NCBI RefSeq assembly: GCF_009914755.1
Contig: NC_060945.1
From: the human T2T-CHM13v2.0 reference genome, Homo sapiens
Strand: one strand, 5' to 3'
DNA length: 64,000 nt
Positions 16,074-30,979 of the stretch are shown here, in pieces; position 1 is the first letter of the stretch; every line of letters starts with the position of its first letter. The position numbers and the translations under genes were made by a program. The notes beneath the pieces are model-generated. The model saw only the letters and a program-made list of their open reading frames with translations, ran no database searches and was not told the DNA's origin.

Positions 16074-16650
16074 GACAGCCTTACATTTGTTATATTTTAC
16101 AATGTATGTTTAGAAAACTAATATATTGAGACAATTTGTATTCACAGTAAAATATTTGAAAACTATAAATATTCTTTGTACCAGAGTCTCTGCTATAAGT
16201 TCAAATAAATTTAGCCTCTTTTGACAATATTGATGGAGTGTAGTTGGACACAAAATAGTCTAATCTCCATCTGAACCCACTTAATAGAGGAGAAAATGCA
16301 ATTGTGAGTTATTCCTATTTGAGAAAAAAATACTTTCTAAGAAATGAATCAATTTATAATAACAATATAGATAACAAATAGGTAGCAAAATAGTGATATT
16401 TGAATTAAAAAAACAAGGGCTTGTCTAAAATACAAAATATGTTTTATAAAATTAAGATTTTTGTATTCAAGATGATTTAATTACTAATCAGGTTAACAAA
16501 ACAATTACCTTAAATAGAAGAATTGAAAAGAATGTATTTTAAAGGATTATACAAAGATGTATGAGCAGTGAACAATTTTGTGGAAATAATGAGAGGGGCT
16601 AAAGGATGTAAGAAAACAAATAATGAAGTATTAAATAAAAAATACTTTTT

Positions 16651-16890
16651 GGCTAGGTCCAGTGGCTTATGCCTACAATCCCAGCACTTTGGGAGACGAA
16701 GGTGGGAGGATTGCTTAGAGCCCACACGTTTGAGACCAGCCTGAGCAACATAGGGAGACCCCATCTCTGCAAAACATAAAATAATTATGTTTTGGTGTAT
16801 GGTGGCAGGTGCCTATAGTCACAGCTAGTTGGGAGGCTGAGGCAGGAGGATTGCTTGGGCCCAGGAGGTAGAGTCTACAGTGAGCTGTGA
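16651..16890 (+). mobile_element. AluJ, 3'-truncated
   Basis: gggaggattgcttagagccc, gcaacatagggagacccc. Breaks off at agtgagctgtga with no tail. Confidence 0.9.
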
Positions 16891-17099
16891 GTATAATTTT
16901 AAAGTATGTGATGAATTAGGGAAATATTTTATAAATGTTTATGGACTGCAGTGCCCCTTCGAATGTTGGGACCATTATTGCACTTGCTCATGGGGCTAAA
17001 ATCAGCAGTCATTCAGAAAACCAAGCAAGCAAACAAACAAACATCGCAGCAATTTAGGTAAAGAATGCAATTTCACCAACCTGATGAAGAGAATTTGTA

Positions 17100-18130
17100 C
17101 AAAACTCACCAGCTTAACTCCCAGCTGTCAATCAATACCAATCTGCCAATGTGTGGGTGAACGGTTTTGTAAATGGTCCTCTGCTGCCCAGCTCACGTTT
17201 CATGGAACAGACAGATTATCTTCTTTGCGCTCTTCCTAAATTCAAATTCATGGACTAAAATATGTGTATATTTTCTGTTGTTTAAATAGGCTAAGTTTTA
17301 AGGAGGCTTACTACTGCAGTACTGCTTTTGTAAGAGAGTGCCAAGCAGCTGGGGAAACATGATACAAGAGACATTGGTTTTGGAAAAAAGAAAAAGGCAG
17401 AAGCTGGAAGACCCTTGGGGTTAGTATTAAAAGAAGCCTAAAAGGCTTGAGAAAATTATCAGTAATGGCTTAACAGAAAGTAAAAAAAGAAAATGGAATC
17501 TGGAGGAAAGGAAACACTTTGTAGGTAGTAGCTATAAATAGAAAATAGAAATGTACAAAATAAATGTGGTGATCTAGCTAAGAGGATTTTCAGGAAGATT
17601 ACTGAAAATAATACCTAATGTTTGACTGACTGTAAAAAAAAAATGTGACAGGAGAAAGATCAACTAAGAAAAGTTAAAACTAATGGAGCCAGGATTTGTT
17701 GTATTAAAAAAATAAAAACACTTTCTCATTTCAAGTCTCTCCAGAGGGAAAATTATACTTAAATTAAGAACAGCTCTCAGGCTTAAGATCAAATCCATAG
17801 GAGGTTTAAAAGAGTATTTACGAATGCATCATAGCAAGCCACCTCATAAAAACCTGCAGACCAGAAAAAAACAAACCAAAGATCCTCTAAGTATCTTATA
17901 GATGTATCTTGTAGGTTCACTTTCTTAAAACAGTAAGTCTCAGAATCCTAACAGTTACTGGTTGCAGGGAGTTCGTACAATCTTGAAGGCATGTGTGGGT
18001 TTTGCTTTTATTAAATCGAGTGAATGATAAATGGATATACATAAAGGTCAGAAATATTGTAAGGCATTGTTTCAGCTTGGACAAAAGGAACAGAGACATT
18101 ACCACTTGTAAAGAGGATATTGACATAAAA
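17100..18130 (+). mobile_element. Old MLT1 LTR 3' part plus MaLR internal sequence
   Basis: LTR-end-like ttgtttaaataggctaagtttt...tactgcagt followed by purine-rich MaLR-int-like sequence (ggcattgtttcagcttggacaaaagg). Boundaries are approximate. Confidence 0.55.
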
Positions 18131-18175
18131 TTATTAATATAACGAATTTAGATGAGAGATGTTAAGAGGTGTTAT

Positions 18176-18783
18176 TGTTAGAGTAGGAAGATAGGCAGAT
18201 GTGAGCAGGGCAGCAGAGCTCCCCCAACCCCTCTCCCCCACCATAAATGTCAGGCAACCATCAGGTGATGGTCAGGCGGTTGTTAAACTGTCTCTCTAAA
18301 TAATAATGGGTCACAGCCAGCGCCAGGGAATGGCAGTCTCCCAGTAGTTAGAAAATACTGGAAGCTGGTGATCAGCACCTTCCCAATAAGAACTCAGGAG
18401 CTGGACACGTGGGCTCAAGCATGCGCACTAAGGGGCAAAATGCTGGCGTTTAACTGGTTATATGACCTTCCTCTGGGAACACTTGACTGGGTAAGTGAAA
18501 ATGCCTCAAATGAGCACGTGCATAACTTGAGTAAACACACTGTGTGTGTGCCCCTTTGCAAGTTGCCAGCAGGCCACTGCACATGTGAACCCTAGGAAAA
18601 TTCGAGGGAGGAGAGAGGTAATCCCCCGCCCCAAAACGTGCCAACATATAAAACCTGAAGTCAACGGTTGAACAGCGGATTTGGAGCTCTCAAGTTGCCC
18701 TTTTGTCCCTCTTCCAAGTGTAATTCATTTTGTTTATGTCCAAATACGTTTTAATAAATTCTCCTGCTAAAAAACATGTCTCC
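18176..18783 (+). mobile_element. MER50 LTR (ERV1), 3' end missing
   Basis: tgttagagtagg..ataggcagatgtgagcagggcag start, accatcaggtgatggtcaggcggttgttaaactgtctctct, caagcatgcgcactaag, AATAAA near 18754. No LTR terminus resumes after the Alu cluster. Confidence 0.85.
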
Positions 18784-19667
<884 letters not shown>

Positions 19668-19974
19668 CCTTACAATATTTCTGACCTTTATGTATATCAA
19701 TTTATCATTCACTCTATTTAATAAAAGCAAAACCCCCACATGCCTTCAAGATAGTATGGATTCCCTGCAACAATGACAGGATTCTGAGACTTACTCTTCA
19801 ACAAAGTGAACCTACAAGATACACACATAAGATACTTACAGGACCTTTGGTTTGTTTTTTCCGGTCTGCAGGTTTTTATGAGGTGGCTTGCTGTGATGTA
19901 TTCATAAATATTCTTTTAAACCTCCTATGGATTTGATCTTAAGCCTAAGACCTGTTCTTAATTCAAGTATAATT
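19668..19974 (-). repeat. Inverted duplication of 17751-18064
   Basis: Reverse-complement match over about 310 bp at roughly 90% identity by eye. Confidence 0.95.
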
Positions 19975-20504
19975 CAATTTCAAAAAGAGTCAACAAATAT
20001 TCTTGGGAAGTTTTTCATTAAAACACCTTGAACCCACCTGCTTTTGCCATTCTCTGGCTCATAGAATGCTCACAAAATATGGCTGTGCCAGGTGTGATCT
20101 GCTCCAGCCGGAATCTCAGTTTTTGTTTTGTGCAAGGGGATTTATGCTTTGGTCGCTTTGTTCATTGTTTCATATATATTGTAAAGTCTAGGAGGAAAAT
20201 CTCTACCTTCACCAATAACACCCTCATGACGCTTCCCTTTGCTGGACTTGAATGTCTTTGTAACTCTCCTTCATGAAATCATTCCTAAACTTTTTTAAAA
20301 AAATTTCTCCATTAGCTTGGGGAAGGGAGAAAAAGGAAATCTCAAAACATTCTTCCCCTAAGCTTATCAATTACCTTCTTCAAATTCAACCAATTCTATT
20401 CTCCAGGGAATTTCTGCCAATGTCTCATCTTCCTCTGACATAGGCTCTTGAGGTCATTTTGAATATCAATTAACTTACTTGTAGCAAATTCTGTCTAGAG
20501 GGTC

Positions 20505-20812
20505 TAGAAGACTTCTGTACAATAGAACTTAGTGAAAGTTACATGTGTAATTTTAAAATTGTTAGTCACATGAAAAAACTGAAAGAGAATTAAGTGAAAT
20601 TAATTTTAGAAATTTGTTTTATTTAATTCATAATACCTAAAGTATTGTATTCCCACGTTCAATCAATATGAAACATTATTGATGATATACTTTACATTCT
20701 CTTGTGTTTAATTTACACTTACAGTGTGTAACTTACTAGTCTTTAGTTAGACTAGTCACATTTCAAGGGCTCTATAGCTACAAGTGACTAGTGGCTACCA
20801 TATTTAACGGGA
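20505..20812. mobile_element. MER33-like hAT-Charlie DNA transposon
   Basis: ctgtacaatagaactt, gtgaaattaattttag, ttagactagtcacatttcaagggctc, gtgactagtggctaccatatt. Confidence 0.75.
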
Positions 20813-23282
20813 GGTTTACAAAGACTTCCTCAGGTTATGGGTTGGTGGTGGTGGGGGCTTATTTCTTATATTCTCAGGTTTCAGATAACTACCATTCAAA
20901 ATCCTGATGAACATGTAATGCATAATTGAAGGTAAGACTCAGTCATCATTTCCACTTATTTCAAACTTCATCAACAAAAGAAACAATATTAATTCTGCCT
21001 TAAGTATACAGAGTGGATCAGATCAATCCCTATATTAACTGACCCTCCATTTGATCCCTTGAAAATGTGAAAATAAATCAGGAGCAAAATGTCCTTACTT
21101 CATGCCAAGAAGGTTACAAGTAAATAGATCCCAGCATATTTTGTATCATTTAATTATAGCAATTGATGCCTTCCTGAAGTATATCATGTTATCTGTCAAT
21201 GTATTCATGAAGCACTCCCATCTCATTTACAAACCATCCCTTGCCCAGATGGCTAAGCACATCTAATTATCTTGAATAATAATTTTAGATGTCAGAGTTT
21301 TCTGACCTTTATAAAAATTAAGCATACTCATCTTGGTTCTCCCTACTGAAAATACTCTGAATATATAGTTATATATAGGCTTAAGATAATAAGTTTATTA
21401 TAATTACATATTTGCTCAGTGTAAGAGGACTATTTAAGTTATATTATTTTACCCAAATCATTTTGTTAAAAAAAACCTGGGGTACATGAAGTCTATTAGT
21501 CAACTGTAAACTGTAAATAACCTGAAATATTAATGCTTTGATCATTTTTAATTTTGATGCAAAACACTATATGTCATTTTATATGTATTTGTAGTTTTCT
21601 TGTGTTCATAATTTTCTCATATTTTAAGAATATTTGTGTTTCTATTTCAGTTTTCAAACAATCATTACTCATATTTGTTGTTACAAATATTTACAATCCT
21701 TAAGTGTCTACTAAAATCACTAAATGTTTACTTTGTACATGTGAAACTTGTAAAGTGCTGCAACTAGTTATGTATCAACTGGGGACTTGATTGTTATGTG
21801 ATGAAAATTTTAAAAATAGATTACACAGAAATTTCTTATTTTTTAAAGATTTTCTTCAATCAGTCAATTATCTATCATCAATCCCTTCTAATTATATATA
21901 TAGCTGAATGTCTATATACACATATATAGCTGATTGTATATATACGCACATGTATATATACAAGTGCGTATATATACACACATATACACATATAACACAT
22001 ATATAATGCTTTGATCACTCTATAGCTCAACCATAATAAAATTATATTTAAGAAATGTGCTAATTCATTCATCAATATTCAATATCACGTATGTGTGTAT
22101 GTATACATTGCATATATAATACATATACACATATATGGGTATATATACATTCAACTATACATAGAGACAGAGTGAGTGAGAGAAGTATGTGAAAACATAT
22201 TCATCAGTTTTTGGGGGGCAAGATGATAATATTTGATTAAGTGACTTTTTTGTTCATTTATATTTTACTTTTCTTAAAAAAATCAAGAAAATCATATAAA
22301 CTATCTCAAATAATATTCTTTTATGATATAGTATCAGATGAATTAACATATTCCCTATAGTTATACATTTATCTTATTCAAATTAATTTTTTATTAAATA
22401 TACAAACCTGAAGACATAATTGATGACAAATATTATTTGCTTATTTCCTTATGGATGTTTGGATATCTGCATTCTGTTTGTGACACAATGCATTTTACTT
22501 GGTTCCTTGATGTCAACCAATTCAAAAATTGAACTAACTTGCAGAAAAGGTAGATTTTTGATTAATCTACTTAATTGATAAATTACATTAAAAGCAATAT
22601 TAACAAAAAATAAGGCCAATTTGTTTGAAGACAGTTGTAATGAATACATAGGAGTGGAAGGTAAATAAACTTCAGATTTACAATCAGGAATTCTAGATGA
22701 CCATAAGCTGCTTACTGGACACAGGTGGCTGTTTTCTCAGGAGAGCATTTCATAATAGGTTTTAAATGAGGAAATGGGAATCATTAGTTTTAGATACTTT
22801 TGAAATCTCACAAGTGTGAAAACCTTCATACATCATAACTGAAATAATGAGAAGTGATTAATAAATGTCATTGACTTAAATGAGTTGCCAGATGCATCTG
22901 ATTCTCAAGTGAGCAGGAAAAATAAAATGCAAAAAAGCCTCATAAAATGTGTCATAACAGTTTGTGATAATTTATGTTAAACCACAGAGATGATTCCCAT
23001 TTCCAAACATAATGTAATTTTAGAAACCAAAGTTATTTATTTGTAGAATATAATCAAATTATATGTTTTAACATTTGAAAAATTGTATTTTTCTTCTGCC
23101 CCAAAGTAAAATTAGAAAAAAAGATGACAAAAATATGGATAACATGTAAAAATCTCTCATTTGAGTTAACAAGGAATAGAATGGATTATATATGTACGCC
23201 ATTTAAAATAAGTAGACTAAAAAATAATACATTACGAGAAGTTCATCTGTTCGGTGAGGATGTTTTTAAAATATTAATTTAT

Positions 23283-23430
23283 CCAGCTACTCGGGAGGCT
23301 GACGCAGGAGAATGGCGTGAACCCGGGAGGCGAATCTTGCAGTGAGCCAACATTGTGACACTGCACTCCAGCCTGGGCAACAGAGCGAGACTCTGTCTCA
23401 GAAAAAAAAAAAACAAAAACAAAAAACACA
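23283..23430 (+). mobile_element. 5'-truncated AluY (right arm)
   Basis: ccagctactcgggaggc..gaatggcgtgaacccggg, A-rich tail, taatttat on both flanks. Confidence 0.9.
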
Positions 23431-23835
23431 AGTAATTTATTAGATTTTATTTTAAAAACTAAGAAGCAACTTAGTTAATAAGCTATGCCATGATACATGT
23501 CATTGGACAGTCATTTAGCAAAGTTAAATTTTAGAAAATCGTGTTAAAAGAGCAAATTTTTCTTTTTCTATGAGAAACTTAATTTCTGGCAATAATTCAA
23601 TATTTTAATCGTTTCTTATGAATCTTTTTTAAATTTATAGAAATTATATAGCCCATCCATAACAAAATTATATTTAATAAATTATATAGCCCATCCATAA
23701 TAAAATTATATTTAAGAAATGTGCAAATTCATTCATTTTGCAAATCAGATAAATTTTAGCCTCATGCCAAATAAATATTGAGTTTATGTTCTTTAATATA
23801 AAGAAGGTTGTAGCATTTAAAATATCACCAAAGAT

Positions 23836-24295
23836 ATACATATTATATATAATATATAATATATAATATAATATATAATATATAACATATAATTATATAT
23901 TATATATTATATGTATAATATAATATATAATTATATGTTATACTATATTATTATATATATAAATATATATAATAATATATAATTATATATTATATTATAT
24001 AATATAATAATATATATTATAATACATTATATAATATATTATAATATATATAATATAATATATTATATTATATAATATATATTACATAATATATTATATT
24101 ATATAATATATATTACATAATATATTATATTATATAATATATATTACATAATATATTATATTATATAATATATATTACATAATATATTATATTATATAAT
24201 ATATATTACATAATATATTATATTATATAATATATATTACATAATATATTATATAAAGATATATAATATATTATATAAAATATATAATATAAAAT
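23836..24295. repeat. AT-rich tract containing a 31-bp minisatellite
   Basis: Unit tattatattatataatatatattacataata repeated six times at 24061-24246 within near-pure A/T sequence. Confidence 0.95.
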
Positions 24296-24414
24296 ATAAA
24301 CATTGAGTCCATGTTCTTTAATATAAAAAAGGTTGTAGCATTTAAAATATAATCAAAGATTTTATTTTATTTTTTATTGTTGGTGCTAATGGAGGTTTTC
24401 TAATTATATCTGTC

Positions 24415-24525
24415 TTCCACTCCTAAAGACTCTGATTTATAGGTCTAGGGGAGTGATCTGGGCATTAGAATATTTTATATGCTCTATGGCTTATTTAAAG
24501 TGCAATGAGTTTGAGATTCACTCTG
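24415..24525. mobile_element. MER5-like fragment
   Basis: agactctgatttataggtctaggggagtgatctgggcatt...gagtttgagattcact. Confidence 0.55.
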
Positions 24526-25968
24526 TTACTTGGTATTAATCAATATCTCCTTGCTTAAAAATAACCTCCTTTTATTCATTCATCATATGTGCATGTATGT
24601 ATTTCTGCATATCTTTAGAATGCATTAAGTACAAGGCGCTGTGTACTGTGAATAGCATAAAGTGAAATAAAATACCTTCTTCTTCAATAATAGTTTTAAA
24701 ACTAGCAGGAATTATAAAATTATTTGGTAATTTTATCTACTCTAAGTGTTAAAAATGAATAACTCTGAAATCTATTTTTTCACAACAAAACTGGCTTTTA
24801 AAATTTTATTTACTGATTAATTCATGAGTATGTAACTGAAATATTCTACCAGCGCCCTGAACTCAAAATGCCTTAAGCAAAACTGATGATCCTCTTTCCT
24901 AAATTACTTATTCCTTCTGATTTCTCTATCTCTTTCAAAGGAGTGAATAAACTCTTCTTTTATTTCTTCCTTTGGGCTGGCTGGAATATCATGATAGCTG
25001 AAGCTAGAGGAGCTGCTTTGAATGAACTGGTGTTTAACAGAAACAATGCACCAAGAAGAAGCTGTATTCTCTATACTTTTCAGCAACATGCCACCTAGTT
25101 TCTCATTTTTAAAGTAAATCATCTAAAAATCCCATTTAACCAAAATTATTTGTTTTTTGTTGTCCGATTATTTAAGCATAATCAGAACCAGTATTTATTG
25201 AGTGTTTTTTGTATTTTTGGCACAATTCTTTACCTACAATTAATCTTCTTAATTTGCTTACCAGCATACTATGTGCCAAGCAAAAATTCCATGCAAATTT
25301 CTATAACCATGAACCTTAGATTTTAGTTGAAAAAGATAGAAAATAAATAATCAACTTATGTCAGATAATGAAACATAGAATATAATTTTTATTTGTATGA
25401 CCTTATGATAGATTATATATGTGCATTTATATATAAGTATATATTTATATATATACTTATATATAAATGCATGTATATAATTGCATATGGTAGAATTATA
25501 TATATTTTCAAGCAATTCTATACTTTTACTGTTTAAATAAACTTAATTTGATGCTGTAGAAAGAAATGTGGGTTAAACCTCAATTGTCAAGTTAAACCTC
25601 AATTGTAAGGTGGATGCAAAGGTGGATTTGCTGAAACCTATTTGCATATGGAGTACTATGACCGAAATGTGTCCCCCAAGAAGCAAGTGTTGGAAACTTA
25701 ATCCCCAGTGCAATGCTATCTGGAATTTGGCCTAATGAAATATGTCTAGGTCATAAGAGCTCCACCTTCATAAATGGATTAGTACTACTTTTAAAAGGGT
25801 TTAAGTCTTTGAGTTTAATCACTTTCTCTCATGTGTTCCTTCTGTCTTGTCCTTCTTCTTTCTACCACGAGATGATGCAGCAAAGAAGGCCCTCACCAAG
25901 TGTGGGCCTCTTGACCTATTACTCCCGACCTCCAGAACTGTAAGAAGTAAATCCCTGGTTTTACTTCC

Positions 25969-26276
25969 TGTGTGTGTGTGTGTGTGTGTTTTTGTTTGTT
26001 TAAGACAGGGTCTCACTTTGTCGCCCAGACTGGAGCGCAGTGGCACAAACAAGGCCCACTACAGCCTCCACCTTCTGGGCTCAAGCGATCCTCCCACCTT
26101 AGCCCCCCAGGTATTTAGGACTACAGGCATGTACACCACACTTTGCTAATTTTTGTATTTTTTGTAAAAACTGTTTCACCATGTTGCCCAGACTAGCCTT
26201 GAACTCGTGAGCTCAAGCCAGCCTCCAGCCTCTGCATCCCAAAGTGTTGGGATTACAGGTGTGAGCTACTGCACCC
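25969..26276 (-). mobile_element. AluJ inside the MST 5' LTR, tail decayed to (TG)n
   Basis: gacagggtctcactttgtcgcccag, ctgggctcaagcgatcctcccacc. Confidence 0.9.
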
Positions 26277-27383
26277 TTATGTTTGTTTGTTTGTTTAATA
26301 AATTAACCAGTCTCAGGTATACTATCACAGCACAAAATGGGCCGAGACAGAAAATTGGTACTGAACAATGAGGCTGTTGGTATAACAAATACCTAGATAC
26401 GCGGAAGTGGTATTGGAACTTCTAGCCTCTAATGAATAGAGGCTAGAAGAATTTAGAGGAGCAGGCTAGAAAAAGCCTAGACTGCCACAAATGAAGCATT
26501 AAGGGTGATTCTGGTGAGAGCTCAGGAGAAGAGAAAAATTGTAAGAAAATTCTGGAATTTCTTAGCTATTAAGTAGTAATGATCAGAATGCTGGTAGAAA
26601 TACAGATAGGAAAGGACATTCTAAAGATGTTTCAGTTAGAACCAAGGAACAAGGTATTGGAAACTGGAATAAAAGCCATCATTATATAGTTGCAAGGAAC
26701 TTGGTGAGATTGTGTCCCTGCCCTAGGGTATTATGGAAGGCAGAACTTAAGAGTGATGTACAAGGATATTTGGTAGAAGAAATATCTACATAGCCAAGCA
26801 CCCAAGGTGCTGCCTGGCCTGTTTTGTCCACTTGAAGTAAAATGAGAGAAGAAAGACATGATTTAAAGATGGAATTGATAATTGAAAGAAAATTAGAAAG
26901 AAATAATTTTGGAAATGTTTAGCATTGCCATGTCAAGAATGAAAAGGCATATTTTGGATAACAAACTTTATGTATGGCCAAGCAATCCTTTGCCAAAGTG
27001 CCACAGATCGAAGAGATCCAGATAATATTCATCAAAACAATGAGGGAAAAATCTCAAAGGCATTTCAGAAATCTTCAAGGCCTCTCATCACAGGCCCAAA
27101 GCGTGACCTTGAGGTCAGGGTTTCCAGAGAGGTGCCCATGGGACCTCAGCATTTGCTGCCCTGCACCACCTCCAGTGTCTGCTCCCTGCATATTGGCACA
27201 ATGCTCCTCAGTTGCCATTGCCACAGCTCACGTGGGCCCAGGTGCAGCTTGGGCAGGCACTCCAGAGGGTGCAGGCTAGGAGCCTTGACAGCATCAGAGT
27301 GTTGCTAATTCTGCAGGCACACAGAGTTTGGGAGCTGTGGGGCTTTGACAGTCTTCACTTACATTTCTTGCTTTCTTTTTGTT

Positions 27384-27483
27384 AAGGCTACTCAAGTGAA
27401 GCAGTAGAAGTGGACAAGGAACAAAAAAATCTGTAAGTCGGTATGGTCAATTAGTTGTAAATAACCCTGTACTCAGACCAGCT
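27384..27483 (-). pseudogene. Y3 RNA (RNY3) retropseudogene
   Basis: The reverse complement matches hY3 (GCTGGTCTGAGTACAG..TTTACAACTAATTGA..TTACAGATTT..GTTCCTT.TCCACT..ACTGCTTCACTTGA.TAGCCTT). Decayed T-tail at 27364-27383. Degenerate TSD at about 27351 and about 27484. Confidence 0.9.
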
Positions 27484-29579
27484 GTCTCCGTCTAAATTTT
27501 AACATATGTTGCAGACAGCCTGGTGGCATAGGCAGAAACTTGCCACAGGAGCAGAGCTGCTACAGAGAGTAGTGCCTAGTGGATCCATGGGAACCAGGCC
27601 AACATAGTCTCCAGTAGTCTCCTCCAGCTCCTAATGGGGCTGTGGGAGTGGGACCAGCACTAAGACCCCAGAACTGTAGAGCTACAAGCATGCAATGATA
27701 GCCAGAGAGAGCCGCTGGCAGGAGATTCCAACTCAGAGAGAGCTGTGGCATGGGCTGAGCCATAAGGGTAAGCCTGCTTGAGGCTTTGGGGGCCAAACTC
27801 TCTTGAGTCTACCCAGAATGTGGGATATGTAGTCAAGGAAAATTATTCTGAAGACTTATGATTCAATCCTGTTTGGCTTATTGGATTTGGGACTTGCTTA
27901 GGACTTATTACCTCTTTCTTCTTGCTAATTTTCCCCTTTTGAAATGGGAATGTGTTTTGCTATTGTATTTTTGAAAGTAGACAACTTGTTTTAATTTTAC
28001 AGACTCACAGCTGGAGAAAATTTGTGTCAAGATGAATCATGTTTTGAATCTTCTCTCATGTCAGATTTAGATAACTGTTTGGACTATGGACCTCTTAGTT
28101 GATGCTGGAAAGTGTTAAGATTTTGGGGACTATTAAGGTGAAATAAATGTATTTTGCATGTGAGAAAGACATTAATTTTGGGGGCTGTGGTGGAGAGCTA
28201 TGGCTTGAATGTGTCCCCTAAGAAGCATGTGTTGGAAACTTAATCCCCAGTGCAACAGTGTTGGAAAGTTGGGCGTAAGAAAAGATGTTTATGTCATAAG
28301 GGCTCCACCCACATGAATGCATTATTACTGATTGTTAAAAGGCTTGAGGCTGCAAGTTTGATCTCTCTCATACACAAGCATATGTGGTTTCTTGCTCTTC
28401 TGTCTTTCACCATGGGATGGCTCAGTGAGAAGACTCTAACCAGATGTAGGCCCCCTTGACTTTGAACTTCTCAGCCTCTAGAGCTGTAAGAAATAAATCA
28501 CTGCTTTTTAAATAAATTATCCAGTTTCAGATATTCTTTTATAGCAGCAAAAAATGGACTATGACATGGAGCTTTAAGAGACATCTGATAAAAATAAAAT
28601 TTAAGTGAAAACGTGGGCAGATAGGATGAGAACCTGTCCCATGAAAAAACCCTGTGTAGTCACTAGGTGAGAGAAGAAATTCAGAACACCATGTCTTCAC
28701 TCTATATGTGTACATCCTAGAGATGAAGAATTATAGATTAAAAAACCAAAATTACTATTTAATTATTTTGTATAACAAAATGAGACACTACCATCACTTT
28801 TTGAGACACTTATATCTATGTCAACCAAAAAGCAAATCCCAATTTTTCTTCCCCATACAACAGACCATCACATAAACTCCGCCCTGTGAGGGCCCAGGCC
28901 ATCTAATTACAGCATTGCAGCTATCACAACTAAGCCAAGTATCTCAGGAGAAAAAAAGCTACCTGTTTCTAGCCACACAATTAAGCCATGTAAACACATG
29001 TCATACTTTGTGTCAAAGCAGTGATAGTATCAGTTACTTAGAGATGAATAACTGGTGCTTGGGACTGGAGCAGCCTTGAGACAAGAATATCACTCATCAG
29101 TCCCAAAGAAATGGCAGAGGAGGAACCATGGCTGGAAAAGCAGACGCTATAGTGGAAGACAACCTTTTAGGCTTCCTCAAAAGCCTGGAGTTGGGGTATC
29201 TTGCTGGTAATTGAAATTCCTATGTAAAATGTTGGAATAAAGAATAAAGTTAATTTGGGTGTGTTCTATTTTTTCCACATAAACTTGCAAGTTAGACCTA
29301 CAGTTTTTGCTTATGTATCAATGTTATAATATGCTACTTTAACACTAGTGCTAGTTTATTAATCCTATGAGTTCAACTGTGTAATTTTCATTTTTTTGCT
29401 GTGTTTTGTAGGATTTTATGTAGTTTAATGTTTTCCTCCATATCTGAAATAAAATTTAAAAAAGTGTGCTTGATAGTTTAGAGTGCTTTCTTTAAATTTT
29501 TCTCTTAATTGCTGTTCATATTTCTTCTTTGATAGATATGCTTATGTTTCGTCTAAAAGTTTTATATTTTAGCACATTT

Positions 29580-30550
<971 letters not shown>

Positions 30551-30623
30551 CCTCTCTCTCAGTTATGTTTTGTGCTCTACTTCAGGTGGAACTTGTCCCA
30601 CTTCATTGTTGGGGTTCCATGTC

Positions 30624-30979
30624 TAGTATGCTTTGGCTCTGTGTCCCCACTCAAATCTCACCTTGAATTGTAATAATCCCCATGCATCATGGGAAGAATC
30701 AAATGGGAGTTAATTGAATCATCGCCGCAGGTTTGCCCCGTGCTGTTCTGGTGATAGTGAATAAGTCTCATGAGATCTGATGGTTTTATAAAGGGGAGTT
30801 CCCCTGCACACACTCTCTCTTGCCATATAAGATGTCCCTTTGCTCTTCCCTCTTCTTCCACCATGATTGGGAGGCCTTCCTAGCCATGTAGAACTGTGAG
30901 TCAATTAAACCTCTTTCCTTCATAAATTACCCACACTTGGGCATGTCTTTATTAAGCAGTGTGAGAACAGACTAATACA
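30624..30979 (+). mobile_element. THE1 (B/C-like) solo LTR
   Basis: ctgtgtccccactcaaatctcaccttgaattgtaat...gtctcatgagatctgatggttttataaagggg...gactaataca. TSD atgtc. Confidence 0.92.

Larger units (their letters stand above)
25654..28566 (+). mobile_element. Complete MST (MSTC-like) MaLR provirus: LTR 25654-26349, internal 26350-28195, LTR 28196-28566
   Basis: Two homologous LTRs (aatgtgtcccc..aagaagca.gtgttggaaacttaatccccagtgcaa). Internal region starts gaaaattggtac. Purine tract before the 3' LTR. 5-bp TSD tggag at 25649-25653 and 28567-28571. Confidence 0.9.

Noticed and set aside
24061-24246. 31-bp repeats as a CRISPR-like array
   Set aside because: The units are head-to-tail with no spacers and no cas genes are present. 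It is a eukaryotic minisatellite.
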